A stretch of DNA of 54,318 nucleotides from Bigelowiella natans CCMP2755 (taxonomy: Eukaryota; Protista; Cercozoa), in NCBI GenBank assembly GCA_000320545.1, contig ADNK01002560.1, positions 1 to 54,318 on the forward strand, given 5' to 3'. A program made the translations under genes and the position numbers. The notes beneath the pieces were generated by a model that saw only the letters and a list, made by a program, of their open reading frames with translations, was not told the DNA's origin and did no database searches. Positions 15,465 through 28,852 of this stretch are shown piece after piece; positions within the stretch are counted from its first letter, which is position 1, and the number at the start of each line of letters is the position of its first letter.

Positions 15465-17141
15465 AAAACAGAGATGGGGGAAGAAAGCAATTAGGAATGT
15501 AAATCGTGAAGGGCTTGTAAGGTAAAGGCTGTTGGGTATTAAAACACCCCACCATCCATAAAACAGAAGAAAGATGTGGTGACGGGGAGCGACAGAGAGT
15601 ACATTCGAATGTGTTGTGCTGGTTGTTGTGGGACGTACGCTGTCGCAAATTCATCGCCATAGTCCATTGCCTTCATCATCATCTTTCGGCCCCTGGATGT
15701 ATGAATCTCCTCGTTCATTCCGTGAAGGAGAGCAAAAGCCTTCATCATCACCGACCGCTTTTTCTTAGCAACCGCTACGTTGATGATCCTTTCCGCCATT
15801 GGCGGGGGAAATCCCACCTCGATGAGGTCCAGGGGTGCGGCCACCTGCAGGCAGAGCCCGTCGATATCGTTGGAGACACAGAGTCGCGCGTATCTTTGGG
15901 TGGAGGACCAATTAGTATGAGTGAGTGCATGTTTGTGTGCATGTGTGTGTGTTTGTCTGTGCTTGAAGGGTACAGCAGGGAAAAGACATATAGATGGGAG
16001 TCAATATTACTGATGATATTAAAAACATATGCATCCCTGACCCCCCCTCCTCCCTCATTAATCTGCTCTCCTCCTCATCTCAGAGGGTTGATACCGATCG
16101 GACTCTTTGGCGCTTTTCGTCATGTGAAAAATGGTCTTCTTGACGAAAATGAAGGCATGCATGCAGTCCCATTTTTCGATGTCCAAATCCTCGCAGCTCT
16201 GCCTGCCCGGCTCGGGTTTGGAGCGTTGAACCACCCAATATTCCTCCATCAAGGAGGGGAGAGATGTTGAGGATGAGGATTTAAACGACATCGACTCCTT
16301 TCTGTTTTCAAAGACCTCTTCATGGCACCTTGCCGGAGGTCTCGAAATGGGTGTTGGCGTCCATTCTAACTCTCCATAGTTTATGGGAAGTGCTCGCTTC
16401 TCGGCTTCTTTCTTCTGTGACATACGTGTATATATATATATATATATATCAACAATTGTGATGTGGAGGTTGGAGGGGCAGGTGCCTCCAGCATGAAGAA
16501 CCTTCCAAAGCTCGTATTGCACTTTTTTCAAAGAGACGCTATGCTTGATTTCTGCGTGGTCAGCTGATATTCGGAAAAGAGTATAAAAGGAGAGAAGGAA
16601 GAGAGGGGTGAAGGAGGAGAAGGACCTGGGGTTGAAGAGCACTCGTGTCGTCGCTGCCAGTTATGTATTAAATCTTGGAGTTCCTATTGGATATATCTTA
16701 GGTTAGAGTCACACCACCATTACTATCATCACCACCTCCAGTATAACAATCACTACCGCCGTGACCCTGCATGCACTACGAAGGTCTTATAAATTTGCTG
16801 TTTTGTCGATATTTTTCATGTGTGTTTTAGCAATCGAGCGGCAATGACTACGACGATGACGATGAGATTGGCAGGTGATAGTGATAACGGTCGTGGTGAT
16901 AATGCTTTCATAAAGTGTAGCGCATCCCCTCCCCACACTCTTTAACCTTGTCCTTCCGTATCTTCATCTCGCTCAATGGCTCAAAGTTCTCCGGATCAAC
17001 GCTGTACAGCTCCGTCCACATCTTAATCGCCCCATATTCAAAGGAGTTGCCAGAGCCTTCGAATCCGGCGGGGTCCTTCATGATCTTGCCAGTGAAGTAG
17101 CAAAGGAAGTGCCGCGGAGGGGAAGCCGTGGCCTTCGTCAT
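13747..17141 (-). CDS. U-box domain plus SEL1-like repeat protein (putative E3 ubiquitin ligase)
   Basis: N-terminal PRHFLCYFTGKIMKDPAGFEGSGNSFEYGAIKMWTELYSVDPENFEPL fits the U-box pattern. Several SEL1 repeats follow: AEAGDTYAMYYFGHCL, AAESGHSSAQTTLGWCYSCGFG, AAKQGEVNAFSNL, YRLGEFYYDGIGVSQSYEKAF, AAELGHIHAQFRVGLAYESGIGV. Stop at 13747-13749. Confidence 0.85.
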
Positions 17142-17514
17142 AGGCAGGTCCTCCACCAGCAGCAGGAGGCGGCTGACTCGTGCTCCTCTCCTCGTTGATG
17201 GCTGACTGACCGACCGACCGACTGGCTGTAGGGAGTGAGTCACAGACTGACCGTTATTACCCGTCTATTTACCGTCAGTACCAGCATTATTATTATTCGT
17301 TGTCGAAGACGATCCCAACCCAGATATCGAAATATTAGTTGCCGCACCAACCAGAAACTACTACGTATTTCTTCCCTCGGTTTCTTCATTTCGAATTTTA
17401 GGGAATATCGCCAGATGAAGGCTTTGTTAAAAAGTATCGGTCGGTCTGGCCGCGGATGCAGATGTGCGCAAATATTGCGGCATGATCGCAGTGGGTGTTG
17501 TCTCGATGGAAAAA

Positions 17515-17570
<56 letters not shown>

Positions 17571-17726
17571 AGCTGCTAGCTAGCTCTCCAAGAAAAATCT
17601 TCTTGTTCTTTCTGCAGCGGGTACTTGCATGAAACGACGGGGAGGGGAACATACTGATCACTCGGACAAACGTGTTGAAACCTCCCCCGCCCCAACCAGC
17701 TGCTAAACAGCCTCACTGCTTCAATT
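17142..17726. promoter_or_regulatory. Divergent (bidirectional) promoter region containing a (CT)n tract
   Basis: Lies between head-to-head ATGs at 17141(-) and 17727(+); (CT)n at ~17517-17567. Confidence 0.45.
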
Positions 17727-19267
17727 ATGAGCACTAGTGCACTCGATGAGGATCATGATAGATTTTACACCGAATTAGAATCAGCCGCGAGAGACCCCGG
17801 CATTGCCCCGCCCGTGAACCGCTCAACAAAGAGTTCAAAACTGAAAACACGACTACTGAATAACGACATCGCCGCCGCGGCAAAGGCAGATGCTAGAATG
17901 TTATTATCTAAGGGAGGCCGGCGCAGAAGTAGTGATTACGACGCTTCACCGCCATCACTTCTATCTTTAATGGTTCTCCCTCGTTGCTCTAGGCGCTGCG
18001 ACTTCATCGCAGACTTTGCTTTTCGTTTGTGGGTGGATTGTTGTGCAGACGAGACCCTAGAGCAGTGCGAACGCTTGGTGAAAATAAGTAAGACGTTTAG
18101 AACTGAAACCAAGGCTCTTTTGAGGATGATGCCGAAAAGGGCTGACTTTGTTTGTGAGAAGCTGGATCGGAACATCATCGCTGGCATCAAATCATGTGCG
18201 GCAGAAATTCGGGTTAAAATTTCACTCGAGAGGCGTGTAGGGACGAATAGGTTGCCAGCATAGATATTGTAGGAATAGATATTGAGATGAGATACCGGGA
18301 AGGGGAGTTGTATTTAAGGGCACTAGGTTAGATGAATGCTGATTTCTCATATCAAATAAGCATGTTATTTATGAAGGGAGATGCCACTAAACTTACTGAT
18401 TATAGAATATCTCTAATTTCCATAATTTCCGTAATGATGGATACAGCCGATTTCGTAGCTTTCTCAAGTCCAAGTTGAATAAATATGAAGGTAAAGGTGG
18501 AGTTTTATTGTCATCGTCGCTATCATCCCTGTCCGAGAAGGCAGTAAGAAGGAGGAGGGGAAGAAGAGTAAGAAAAATAGGAGGACAAGGAGACGACGAA
18601 AAAGAAGAAGAAGGAGGAGGGGAAGGAGGGAGACACTTTCCAGACGTTGGCTTAATATCGCACTCTTCAAATACATCATCCTCGCTGGCAACGTCATCTA
18701 CGTCCACATCTAGTTCGGATGGAAGAGATTCAGCTGCTGGAGTTCTGCTTAGCCTGTCTGATCCTAAGATCAACTCACTTAACAATAACAAGAAGCAGAA
18801 GCAGCAGCAGCAGCAGCAAAAACACAAGCAAAATGACCTCCGATTGAACAATTTTAGCTCAGGGACGGAAAGTGCACGTCACCTCTTTGTTCTCCGCAAG
18901 GGTTTGAAAGCTTCTAAGAGATGTTCGATTGAGAACCCATCGCCAAGAAATCCACTGAGGACAATGCGAACACAATGTCAAAATCCAAAATGGCGACAAA
19001 GAGATCTTAAAAGTGTCCGTTCGGTAAGAGCCTCAACGAAGCAACAAAATCCGGAAAGTGCTACAGATGGTACTAGGGATGAGTCTTTATGTTCTTCTCG
19101 GCCATCATCGTCTCTCGTAGCGACAACTGATAATACATCTGCGGACAAAGATTCTGGAGAACTACCAATGGTAAGGCCCAAACCTAACATTTTGAACTTA
19201 GACAGAGAGGAATAAGGAAGTGGAGGAAGAACATGCTATGAGGTGGATAAAAGGCTCCTTCGCCTGA
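17727..19267 (+). CDS. Hypothetical protein (spliced; helical N-terminal part, Ser/Lys/Gln-rich C-terminal part)
   Basis: ATG-initiated 178-aa ORF 17727-18263, 246-aa ORF 18475-19215, GTAAGG donor at 19171 and a plausible last exon TERNKEVEEEHAMRWIKGSFA*. No family recognised. Confidence 0.55.
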
Positions 19268-19310
19268 GGTTTTGCTAGAAGAACAGACATAGTGCCAGTG
19301 CGTAGAGGTA

Positions 19311-19400
19311 AGACGGATGTAATCAACCAATTAAATTTGTTCAATCGTTATCCTCATGTAGCTATCTAACAATGCAATGCAGCGGCTACAGCGTTAGTGC
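19311..19400 (+). repeat. Dispersed repeat end, copy A (homologous to 41465-41552 on the minus strand)
   Basis: TA|AGACGGATGTAATCAA...TTAAATTTGTTCAAT...ATCCT-ATGTAGCT...CAATGCAGCGGCTACA is shared with the reverse complement of 41465-41554. Confidence 0.8.
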
Positions 19401-20229
19401 TGAATCTATTGTGACTTTGTGAGAACCTGCTGATTTGATGTGTGTCCTCTGTTTCTCTGGTGTTGAACACAGCAGTACGGTGACTGCTACAACAAGTGAA
19501 TAATGGGAATCTTGAATTCTGACATGATGCAAGCAGCCCCATGTGTTTGCATGCGCACAGCATCTGCTCGCGCAAAGGTGCAAATAAAGAAACATGCACT
19601 GATTTATGCTGTGCATTACATGTATAGTATGTACGTTGCGTCTATTGTTTTCATCATTCTTTTTTGCATGTATACATGTGCATTATATAGGGAAGAATCG
19701 AGCATTGAGCTAATAACATAAATTTCAAAATTCTACCTTTGAATTATTTGTTGCATGATACTAGCGCGCTTGCAGCTGGTTTTGATCTATCTTACTGTAG
19801 CATTCATGATCATCACGAATCATGGCGTAACTGCGCAGAGCGTTTCTATGCATAGCCTGTCCAGCATTCCCATGTACAACCAGCATTGATTTTTGTTGTT
19901 CAATTGTCAAACGAATATATTAACTGAATTAGATGAAAGTAAATGGATCTCTGCTTAACTTTGTTTACCTCATCGATATTTTAATTTTGGATGTGCACAA
20001 ATAAGGATAATTTACATGCTGTTGGGATTTGAGGAAATAGCAAAGCAAATTATTTGACGACCCGAAAGAGTGGGGAACTAGAACGCGAAATTATCGGCCT
20101 CAAATAGTTTTTTGTCTTTATGAAGATATCTAACGACTGGGTACGAGTTTGGGCCAGAATGAGAATTGAAGGTGCGACTCGAATTTCTTAAGTCTAGGTT
20201 ATGACGATGTCTATCGCTACTCCAAGCTC

Positions 20230-21204
20230 CTAAAAGCGCATATCTCGATTCTTTTTCTTCCTCTTGGATCTTCGTCTGCACCCCAGTTATCATATTCGCA
20301 TATCAAAAAGAAGTTTCAGTCAGCACTCGATAAACAAAATTTCTAAACCATAGAAACCAACATATTTTTTTGTTTTCCTCTCACCTAGTTTTCCCGCTGG
20401 ACATTTTCTTGGCTTTTTTCTCGACATCATCCATTTCCATGTCGTCGCCGCCTTCTTGCATCTCCTACATGCAAAAGCATACGTAAGTAACAGATGCTTC
20501 AGATACACTGAGCGGAATTTTACCTGCATTGTTACGATTCCGATGGCAGTTTTAAGGTCCATCTTCCCCTTTGTTATCTGGGGCTGCTTGAATACTGGGC
20601 CCTGTAGAGCTGTTATACTACTCAGCTGCTTCTTCTTGTTCATGTCGATGAGAAATTCACCTGAAAACAAATCAAAATTTCACAGAAGAACCTAAATTTC
20701 AACAACAGCAACAACTGAATGATTTCATTAAATCCATCATCGTTTGTTGACTTACTTCCGCGAACGTCGATGTTGTTCTCGTTTTTAGGTGGACCTGAGA
20801 AGCCAAAGAACCTCAATCAGTTACGCCATCTACGTATGTTAAGACTGGTATATCATACCATTAACTTTCTTGTCTAAATCCTCTCCATATGTGGTGAGCC
20901 ATTTATCTAATGGATTCGTATCATCCGCCTTTGTAGGCGCCTTTCCCTCAAGAACCTAAACTCGAGCAGATTAGCCGATATCTCCATTTTCTTCCACACT
21001 GCAGTGAAATCTAAAAATTATTACCTGATTCAAAACCTCTTCAGTTTCCTCCATCCTTCTTTTGACTATTGGTGCAAATTTGTCCCTCTTCACCGCTCGG
21101 AACTTCCTTTTCACCTGTCGAAAGATCCGAACATATTCTCAGTATCCGCGGCAATCAAGGACACGACACTATTGACCGACTTTTGATCTGATTGATTTCC
21201 CCAT
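20230..21204 (-). CDS. LLPH: LLP homolog / learning-associated protein (LAPS18, DUF2423-like) nucleolar protein
   Basis: Spliced N-terminus MGKSIRSK|VKRKFRAVKRDKFAP matches the LLPH signature MAKSLRSKWKRKMRAEKR. Acidic middle and basic C-terminus RRRSKRKKKNRDMRF*; short GT-AG introns. Confidence 0.8.
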
Positions 21205-21528
21205 GGTTGATCGAATAACCGCCTCGGGTTGCTATTGGTGTTGGTTCTCAGTGATGTGAAGCTGCAGACGAACCCCCTCCCTCTTTCCGTCTTGAGGTCG
21301 TCGTCGTTTGGGGAAGAAATTGTGATTATTCCTCCGATTTCGGCCTTATTAACGAATTAAAACTTCGGCTTTGACTCGTATCAGTCTCCTCAGCAGAGAG
21401 TCTCTCGACAGTCTCTGGAGAGTCTATTGATAATCTCCTTGGAGTCTCCTGGATCTTCACAGAACCCGTGCAGTCCAAAGGGAAAGCGAGGAGAGGAGAA
21501 AGACCTGTCGGCGTGCGTGTGTTTCATC
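21205..21528. promoter_or_regulatory. Compact bidirectional promoter LLPH/RTF2
   Basis: 324 bp between divergent ATGs at 21204(-) and 21529(+). Confidence 0.55.
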
Positions 21529-23752
21529 ATGCACAATACAACAACTACCCTACGAAGACAAAATACCTTCCGAAAAGAGCCTATCTGTGATGGATGCACG
21601 GTTTTTGTCCGCTCATCAATCACTCCCTCATTAGACGACCTGGTGTTGAGTGGAAGGCTAATCACGCTCAACGACCTTCCTAGATCAAAACCTGCAGGAT
21701 TTATCAAAGACTTCCTTTGCGAGACCTATTTCAACCACGTCCATGCTCCATTTCATCGGTTAATAAGAGTGACTTGGAATGGAAGGGACCTCGAAAATCT
21801 TCCACATCTCAAAATAGGTCATTTACGACGATTAACATGAAGATGCGCAGTATAGTGAAAACTTGCTATGAATATGATATTCAGGCGATTTGGAAAATTC
21901 TACCCTAGATGTTATGGTTCGATTAAGAGGCGGTGGCGGTGATGGAGGGAGTATTCCTGGAAGGTTCGCCTAAGAAACACGACGCTGCTGCCTAATGATT
22001 AAATAATTAATTCATCGATGCTCTTTGTTGACAGAACGGATTTGGTGAGAACAGCTAAGACACACAATTGGTAAACTACGAAGTTGAGAAGGAGGGAAAG
22101 CTATTTCATGAGTTTAATTTTGCGCAGGTATGTTTTGAAGATGGATAGAGATGACCCATCACTTAAAGTCAGTGCTGGGTGGACAATGTGCCAGCTTACC
22201 AATGTAAGTAGTAAATTAACGGAGATATGGGTTGCAATGATTATCCTCATCATTGTGCATTATCCTTATTGGAAAATGATAAAATCAGCAAAAATTGGAA
22301 GAACCCGTAGTTGCAGATCAGCTCGGTCGGTTTTACAATAGGACGGCAGTAATGCAGTAAGTTTGCTTATTTCCCCCTTCGAAAGCAGCTCCAGGCTATT
22401 ATTCATAGAACTCCATTTCTCAGATACATTGTCGACGGCGAACGAAAGTCCCATTTCAAACATTTGAAATCTATGAAAGAGGTCAAAGAAGTGAAGGTAC
22501 CAAAGCCTGGGAAAAAATATGTCCAAAAAAGAAAACGACTTCCTCTCTCTCATGCCTCCTCATTATTATTTGATAATGCAGGCAGCAAAGGCTAAATCAA
22601 GCACAGAATTGGGGGACCATCCTCTTGGTTGGGTGTGCCCAATAACAGGTACTAGTACACCATTTTAAGCTTTTGGAGCTTAGGATCACATAGTCACCGC
22701 TGAAATGTAATTTAAGGAAAATCGGCCAATGGAAATAGAGCTTTCTTTATGGTTTGGGGATGTGGATGCTTGGTGTCGGAGGAAGCTTTTAGCCAGGTAC
22801 TACCTACATCATCACATTCCCAATTCGAACGATGCACATGCACTCAGAAATCAACATATCTCCGATGATGACATATAGCTCGGGAAGACATCGTGTCCAA
22901 GCTGTGGCAAGATGATAGATGCAGAATTGAACGAGATCATTCGTATGGTCCCCCCTGAAAATGAATGGAAATCTCAGGTGCTATATAATTTCCGCCCTTT
23001 CCAAGCGTGGCAAACCATCGACATTTCTTTGCAAGATTGTCACTCAGATGTTTTTCTTCTTCCGAATCAGCATAACAACATGATCGAACGCAATGCGGTC
23101 CTCAAGGCGAGGAAAAAGGCTGAAAAGCGCAAGAAGAAGGCTTTGAAGAAGGTACTTTAGGTACATCATACACTGAGAAGAACTACGCTTAGATGTTGTC
23201 TCTCAACGCTAGGATGGTGACAAAAAGCCGACGACTAAAGCCATCTCGAAAGCTAAAGCAAAGAAGTAAGTTATTACAACTCACATCGATGTGCCATGAA
23301 ACATGCTGCTGCTTCCTGAAACTCACTCATCGGTAACATTATAACCAATATCTTCATACCCAGCCTCAAGAAAGACAAGATAGTCAAGAAAGTTGTGAAG
23401 AAACGAAGGTAAAAATCATGATAATCACATAACAAATCATAGAACAACAGCAACCCACACCATGATGATTCGTCATCCTTAAGCTGCCAATCCTCTGTGC
23501 AAATATTGGCGATTAGGATGACCGACATTGAAAAAGAGATTCAAGAGAATTTGAAGAAAGCGAAGTCCTCGAAAGTCTTTAGCTCCATGTTCATCTCTGA
23601 GGTTGCTGCACATAACTATTACTATCACTCATACTTTTTTGCAGCAGAGCATAAGAAATTGTTGTTTTCAGGAGGAGCGTAAGAATGATCCTAGAAGGCA
23701 ACAAGTCGCGTTCATTTCTACCAAACCTCGAAGTATGAATGCGTTGATGTAG
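21529..23752 (+). CDS. RTF2: Replication termination factor 2 (Rtf2 RING-like) with N-terminal ubiquitin-like extension
   Basis: Spliced: ...VMVRLRGGGGDGGSIPGRTDLVRTAK (Rtf2 GxDGGxIPxRxxLV start), WTMCQLT, PVVADQLGRFYNRTAV, HFKHLKSMKEV, WVCPITG, GCGCLVSEEAF, CPSCGK, a Lys-rich tail and SKVFSSMF. Stop at 23750-23752. Confidence 0.9.
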
Positions 23753-24446
23753 AGTTTCAAGGAGCGCACTCGTGCCTTAATGTATACAGTAAAATAGTAA
23801 CAGCTTTGCGCACCTTATGACTACTGGAGAGTCGATATCGTGCACATTCAACACCTAACACCTGCTGTGAGTTGCAAATACATGGATACATTACCGATCA
23901 ATACTGCTCATTGTAACAACGTACCAGCGCTGCGGCGCACGCAATTATGCAAGGTACACTATATACGTGTCTATTAGTAAGCACGTACAGTATGCACGAT
24001 ACAATACATATTTGAACGCAGCTGTTGTAAGCTGCGCTTGCATGTCTCTATGTGATCGCTGCTGCTAGGCACTGCCACCAGTTACATAGATTTCTTGACA
24101 GCGCAACGCAATCACATCAAATATGTGCCGGTGTATGTCACGTGCTCGTCTAGCTAGCCAGTTGTACAAGTTGTCCTATAGCATGAACCCTATACTTACC
24201 CTATGCTTGACAATGTAAATGGGCAATGACTGCAGTCATGCTAACTAATACACCATCCAGCGCAGTAGTGCTTGTACATAGCCCAAAACAGACATATAGA
24301 CAAACAGCCTACTAATAAGTCTACGGGCTTATTAAGTCATAGACGGTTGGTTATATAGCATACTACATTACATACTTCTGTACGGAGCTGTATATTTAGA
24401 GATATATTGTGAATAACGTGTCATTGTGTACTGACTGAGATTTCTA

Positions 24447-25112
24447 TCAATCTAGAAGTGCCTCAAGGAGAGAGTATGCATCATAGTAATATCCTCCTCC
24501 AAACAAGTTGTAATGATTGAGCTTATGATAGGCCTCATACAGTATTGCCCGCTTACGGAAACCTGGGTCCTCAGGAATGAGGGAGCGGTATCTAAGATGT
24601 AGATATGTCTAATGAATGTTGAGAAAATGGATATACATAATTATATGTCATGACTAAAAATCAAACTCTATTGCAAGTTGAAAAATGCATATACATAAAT
24701 TCTCCATCTAACGAATTTGGCCATCTATTCCTCTTTGACACTCTTCTATTTCTCACCCTTTCCAGAATTCGCTTCCGAACGACGCGCACCATGACATTCC
24801 TATAATTTGAGAATATCGATGGTATATCTTCGATCAGCACACGTAATAAATAATGCTACTCTTCTACCTCTGCTCTGTTTCAAAATTAAACATATCTTTT
24901 ATTAAAGTATAAATGCATCTATTTTTGGGGAAAATGTATGAGTCAAAGTGAATTGGTATAGATTCTTTGTATCATTGCTACCATCAACATCATCTGCATC
25001 ATATACTATCATCATCAACATCATCATCATATCTGGTCTTATTCAGCACCCCACTCCGCCTCGTGATGCCCATAATAAACCTAGATGTTGGTCGTTTTAA
25101 TATCAACATCAC

Positions 25113-25163
<51 letters not shown>

Positions 25164-25166
25164 GTG

Positions 25167-25208
<42 letters not shown>

Positions 25209-25612
25209 AAAAATAGTGTTGATGAGTCTCACTACTAGTTGCACATACAGCTGGGTCAAAGATGGCCATCTGGCCATCTTTCGTCGAAGCGTAGTTCCCG
25301 CTCCACAAGTCGCCGTGCAGAGTGCTTTCAAGCCAATTTACACGGTATTGCCGTCATGGTAAACATCAGTAGTTCATGAATAAGGGGAATAGGGGTCGGG
25401 ACCAATTGCGTATCGATCAGTATTGCACAATGGTATGAGTTTTGATTACCTCGGTTTTACTTCAATATCCTTAAACAGCGACTTCAGCCCGTCGGTCTCC
25501 TTCTCAACTTGCCTTTTTGATTTCAACGTTGACTATTCTCATTTTCTTCCCGACAAACGACAGCAAAAATTGCAAATGCAACGCAATACATCAAATAAAC
25601 ACACTAAACACA

Positions 25613-25668
<56 letters not shown>

Positions 25669-26340
25669 TTGAAGATAAGATTCATAAGGCCTATATGGCC
25701 AGACTTACTCCCAGAGGTCTCGTAGCTTTTTATCACGGGAAAGTTTCACCTATCATGATATATGTTGTACTCTTGATTGAATGTTTGTGCGTGTACTGTG
25801 TTTGATCGACATACAAGTGAAGGCATGATGTCATCATACCTGATGACCGATACGCCTTACACGGAAGAACTCAGCCCAATCGTCCATCCATCCATTCGGC
25901 TGGTTGAGAGATGTGTATGTATTGTATATTGCTTATTGCGCTTTGTGCGTGTATTGTGTGCGTACAACACATAACCATATGTAAAGTTGGAAAACATATC
26001 CATCATGACTCTCTGTGTTGTCTTTGTTTTGAGTTTTCTGCGACACACAATGACCTGGGGGGTTGCGCCAATCGTATTATCGAGTGGAAAGCCAAACATA
26101 CCCTCCTTAGCTTCCTATTTTTAAATGAGAATTTATGATCGAGAGATGTGGAAAGGATACAGGGGAGAAAAATAAATCGTATAAATATACGCATACGTAT
26201 TTATGTAAACCGCTAACGTTAATGTACAACCTTCACGGTGGGGGTCGCGAGGTGTAGCTTAGCCATATCTACACCGAAATCGTACATGCTGGAGCGCCTG
26301 ATAAATGTTTGTATTGGTATCATGTGTTTATTGTGTGTTT

Positions 26341-26375
<35 letters not shown>

Positions 26376-27455
26376 ATAAATGAGTGTATATGCTTTGATT
26401 ACCCGCCCATTTGGAGAGACTCCATGATGATGTATGAGCCATCTCGACCTTAAATTATATATTTTCCTTTAAACTCAAAGGTGATCAGAGAAAGACATGT
26501 GGGAAAAACGTCGTTGATTGTAGTGTGAGAGGCAGCCTTGCTCGCAACTGACCGTCCGTCCTATCTCCATAGTGGTACACCTAATCATCCAGTGTTCAAT
26601 TAGAAACATCGTGGTATTGAAGCAGTGTTGAAGGACGAAGAATTTAGATGGGAATTGTAAGAAATATATGTCTAACGAGCCACCACCACCGCCATGTTTC
26701 CATAGTGTCAGCAATGAGCATTACTCAGAGCCAACTAATTTGTACTGATACCTTTGGAATCCGCACAGTGCTTGTGTCGTACAGCGCACGTAGTCCGATG
26801 GCCTGAATGATGCAGTAGCAGAAGAAAAAGATTATATCATATTTTAAAGTGCGCTTTCCCAAAAATAGCGTTTGAGGTGATTGTTGTAAGCGATGACCTC
26901 TCCTTTGAACATGCTCTCCGCCGGTTTTGGTGCTTGCTTCACAAAGAACTGTTCGCCTGATTTGGCCTGCAACTTCCCTGTGGTAGCCCAGCCGCTCCCG
27001 CTCGCAGCGGCTCCCGATCTGAGCATAAACAGATTTAATTATAGCACTTCTACTTCACTCCCTCTTAGAAACTCTGCTATGATGCATGCGCACCCGATGA
27101 TCTCGAACCCATTATCTGTGAGCCACTTGACTGCCGGATCCCCCCCCCCCACAGCACCTCCGCCTCCCATCATAACCCCAGCTCTAGTCTGTTTATCATT
27201 ATAGACAACATCATAGAAATGGTATCAGCATACAATAGATCAATGTAGAGGGGTGGTGACCTTTCTGTTGTGCTTGAAGGTCCCCGTCTTTCTTACCATT
27301 GCCATCCAAACGGCAGCCCTACTCGATCCCCTGGGAATCTTCACATCTGCAGCCGCTCGTATTATGCGCGGCTGGACTGCATTCGTGAGAAAGGCGCAAA
27401 GAAGAGATCCGAGGAGGAGGAGAAAGAGGCGACGTGGATACCACGTGATCGCCAT
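24447..27455 (-). CDS. FN3K: Fructosamine/ketosamine-3-kinase family protein with signal peptide plus transit-like presequence
   Basis: Motifs FFVKQ..ESMFKGE|AIGLRAL, FGFPLDNTIGATPQ|PNGWMDDWAEFF, PSTLHGDLWSGN, IFDPA|VYYGHHEAEWGMSWCASFG, LNHYNLFGGGY. Stop at 24447-24449. N-terminus MAITWYPRRLFLLLLGSLLCAFLTNA is followed by an Arg/Ala/Ser-rich segment. Confidence 0.93.
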
Positions 27456-27712
27456 TACTCGGAGGGAGATGGGGATTGCTTGGAAGGGATTTCATTCTAG
27501 TCATATAGAATAATTTTTAATGTCGCAATACCTAAATGTCCTTCTACTTAGTTACAGAGGGATTTGCACTATATTTGATGCAAAAAAGAGACTGCGACAA
27601 GACCTAAATACCCAACACGAAGAGAATTCGCCAGAGATATTTTCCTCCTGGCCCCCACGTGCAGTGTTCGTAACATACTCATACATCAGAGTAGCCATCA
27701 CCGTTAGTCATC
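27456..27712. promoter_or_regulatory. Compact bidirectional promoter FN3K / coiled-coil gene
   Basis: 257 bp between divergent ATGs at 27455(-) and 27713(+). Confidence 0.5.
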
Positions 27713-28813
27713 ATGACTGATTCTGGGGACGGAGGGGGTGGGATATCCGTCACAACTACAAGAGAACAACTGCAGGTGACGTTAGGAGAAGGTGGGGAGA
27801 GGTGAGGGGAGAGTGTTGAGCTTGACTGATGCTCTACCCATTGCAACGTCGTCATCATATATCTAGTTGGAGCTGGAGGCTGCTTTGCTGGAAATACGCA
27901 CCTTAAAAGCACTGAATAAGGCGGCGAAGAACAAAGCATCCTTGTAACTTACACTAATGCCAACGATGCAACGAGCTTCAATATGTGCTGAAGACAACAC
28001 ACACACACACACACATGCACACATGTGACAGGCTAGAGCGGGAGATGAAACGTATGACAAACCCACAAGGTAGTAAACAATTCCACCCTTCCTATCAAGT
28101 ATTGGGTTGATAATTAACTCAGAGTTTCTATCGTCGTCATAATGATGGGCTGATGAAAAGAGTTTTCGCTGTCGTTATTATTCTCATCATTATTTGTCAT
28201 CATAAATCTAAATGGCCACCTTGTTTACCCCTCAACAACTCAACCACTGCTACTAAAGTAGCTGGAACTGCAATGAAGAATATCATCGATATGGAGAGGG
28301 TCGCTGTGGTACGCAAATAAATTCAATGGCTAAGTATATGTTAAATATTCCAATGCCATATATCTGCTGCTGCTGCTATTTCATGTCGTATTTTTTCTAG
28401 ATAACATTCGTCTATATTACTTCTTACTCCATTTCATTATCGTTCATGAAAGCACTATTTTCTGATGCATAGCAATGATCTGGCCAGGTACCCTTTCGCA
28501 CCAATCGTTTGGCCTTAGAAGCATTCTACAAGAATGTTAACCCAAAGAAGGTAGCAATGTAGTCACATCAACACCATTAATAACTACTCCTTAAATGGGA
28601 TATATGGTCATCACCAACCGATTTTCCTTTCACATCTTAGATTCGTGATATTGATGGCTTACTTCGGAAGTTCTCCGTGCAGAGCTTGAACATTGCTTTT
28701 AGGAAACGATACGGAGTCAACATGGTAGCAACGATAGGCAGTAAAATAGTCACAAAAAGATGGATTGCAAATAGTCACGAGAAGATAGATTGCAAGATTC
28801 AATCAAGTCACAC

Positions 28814-28852
<39 letters not shown>

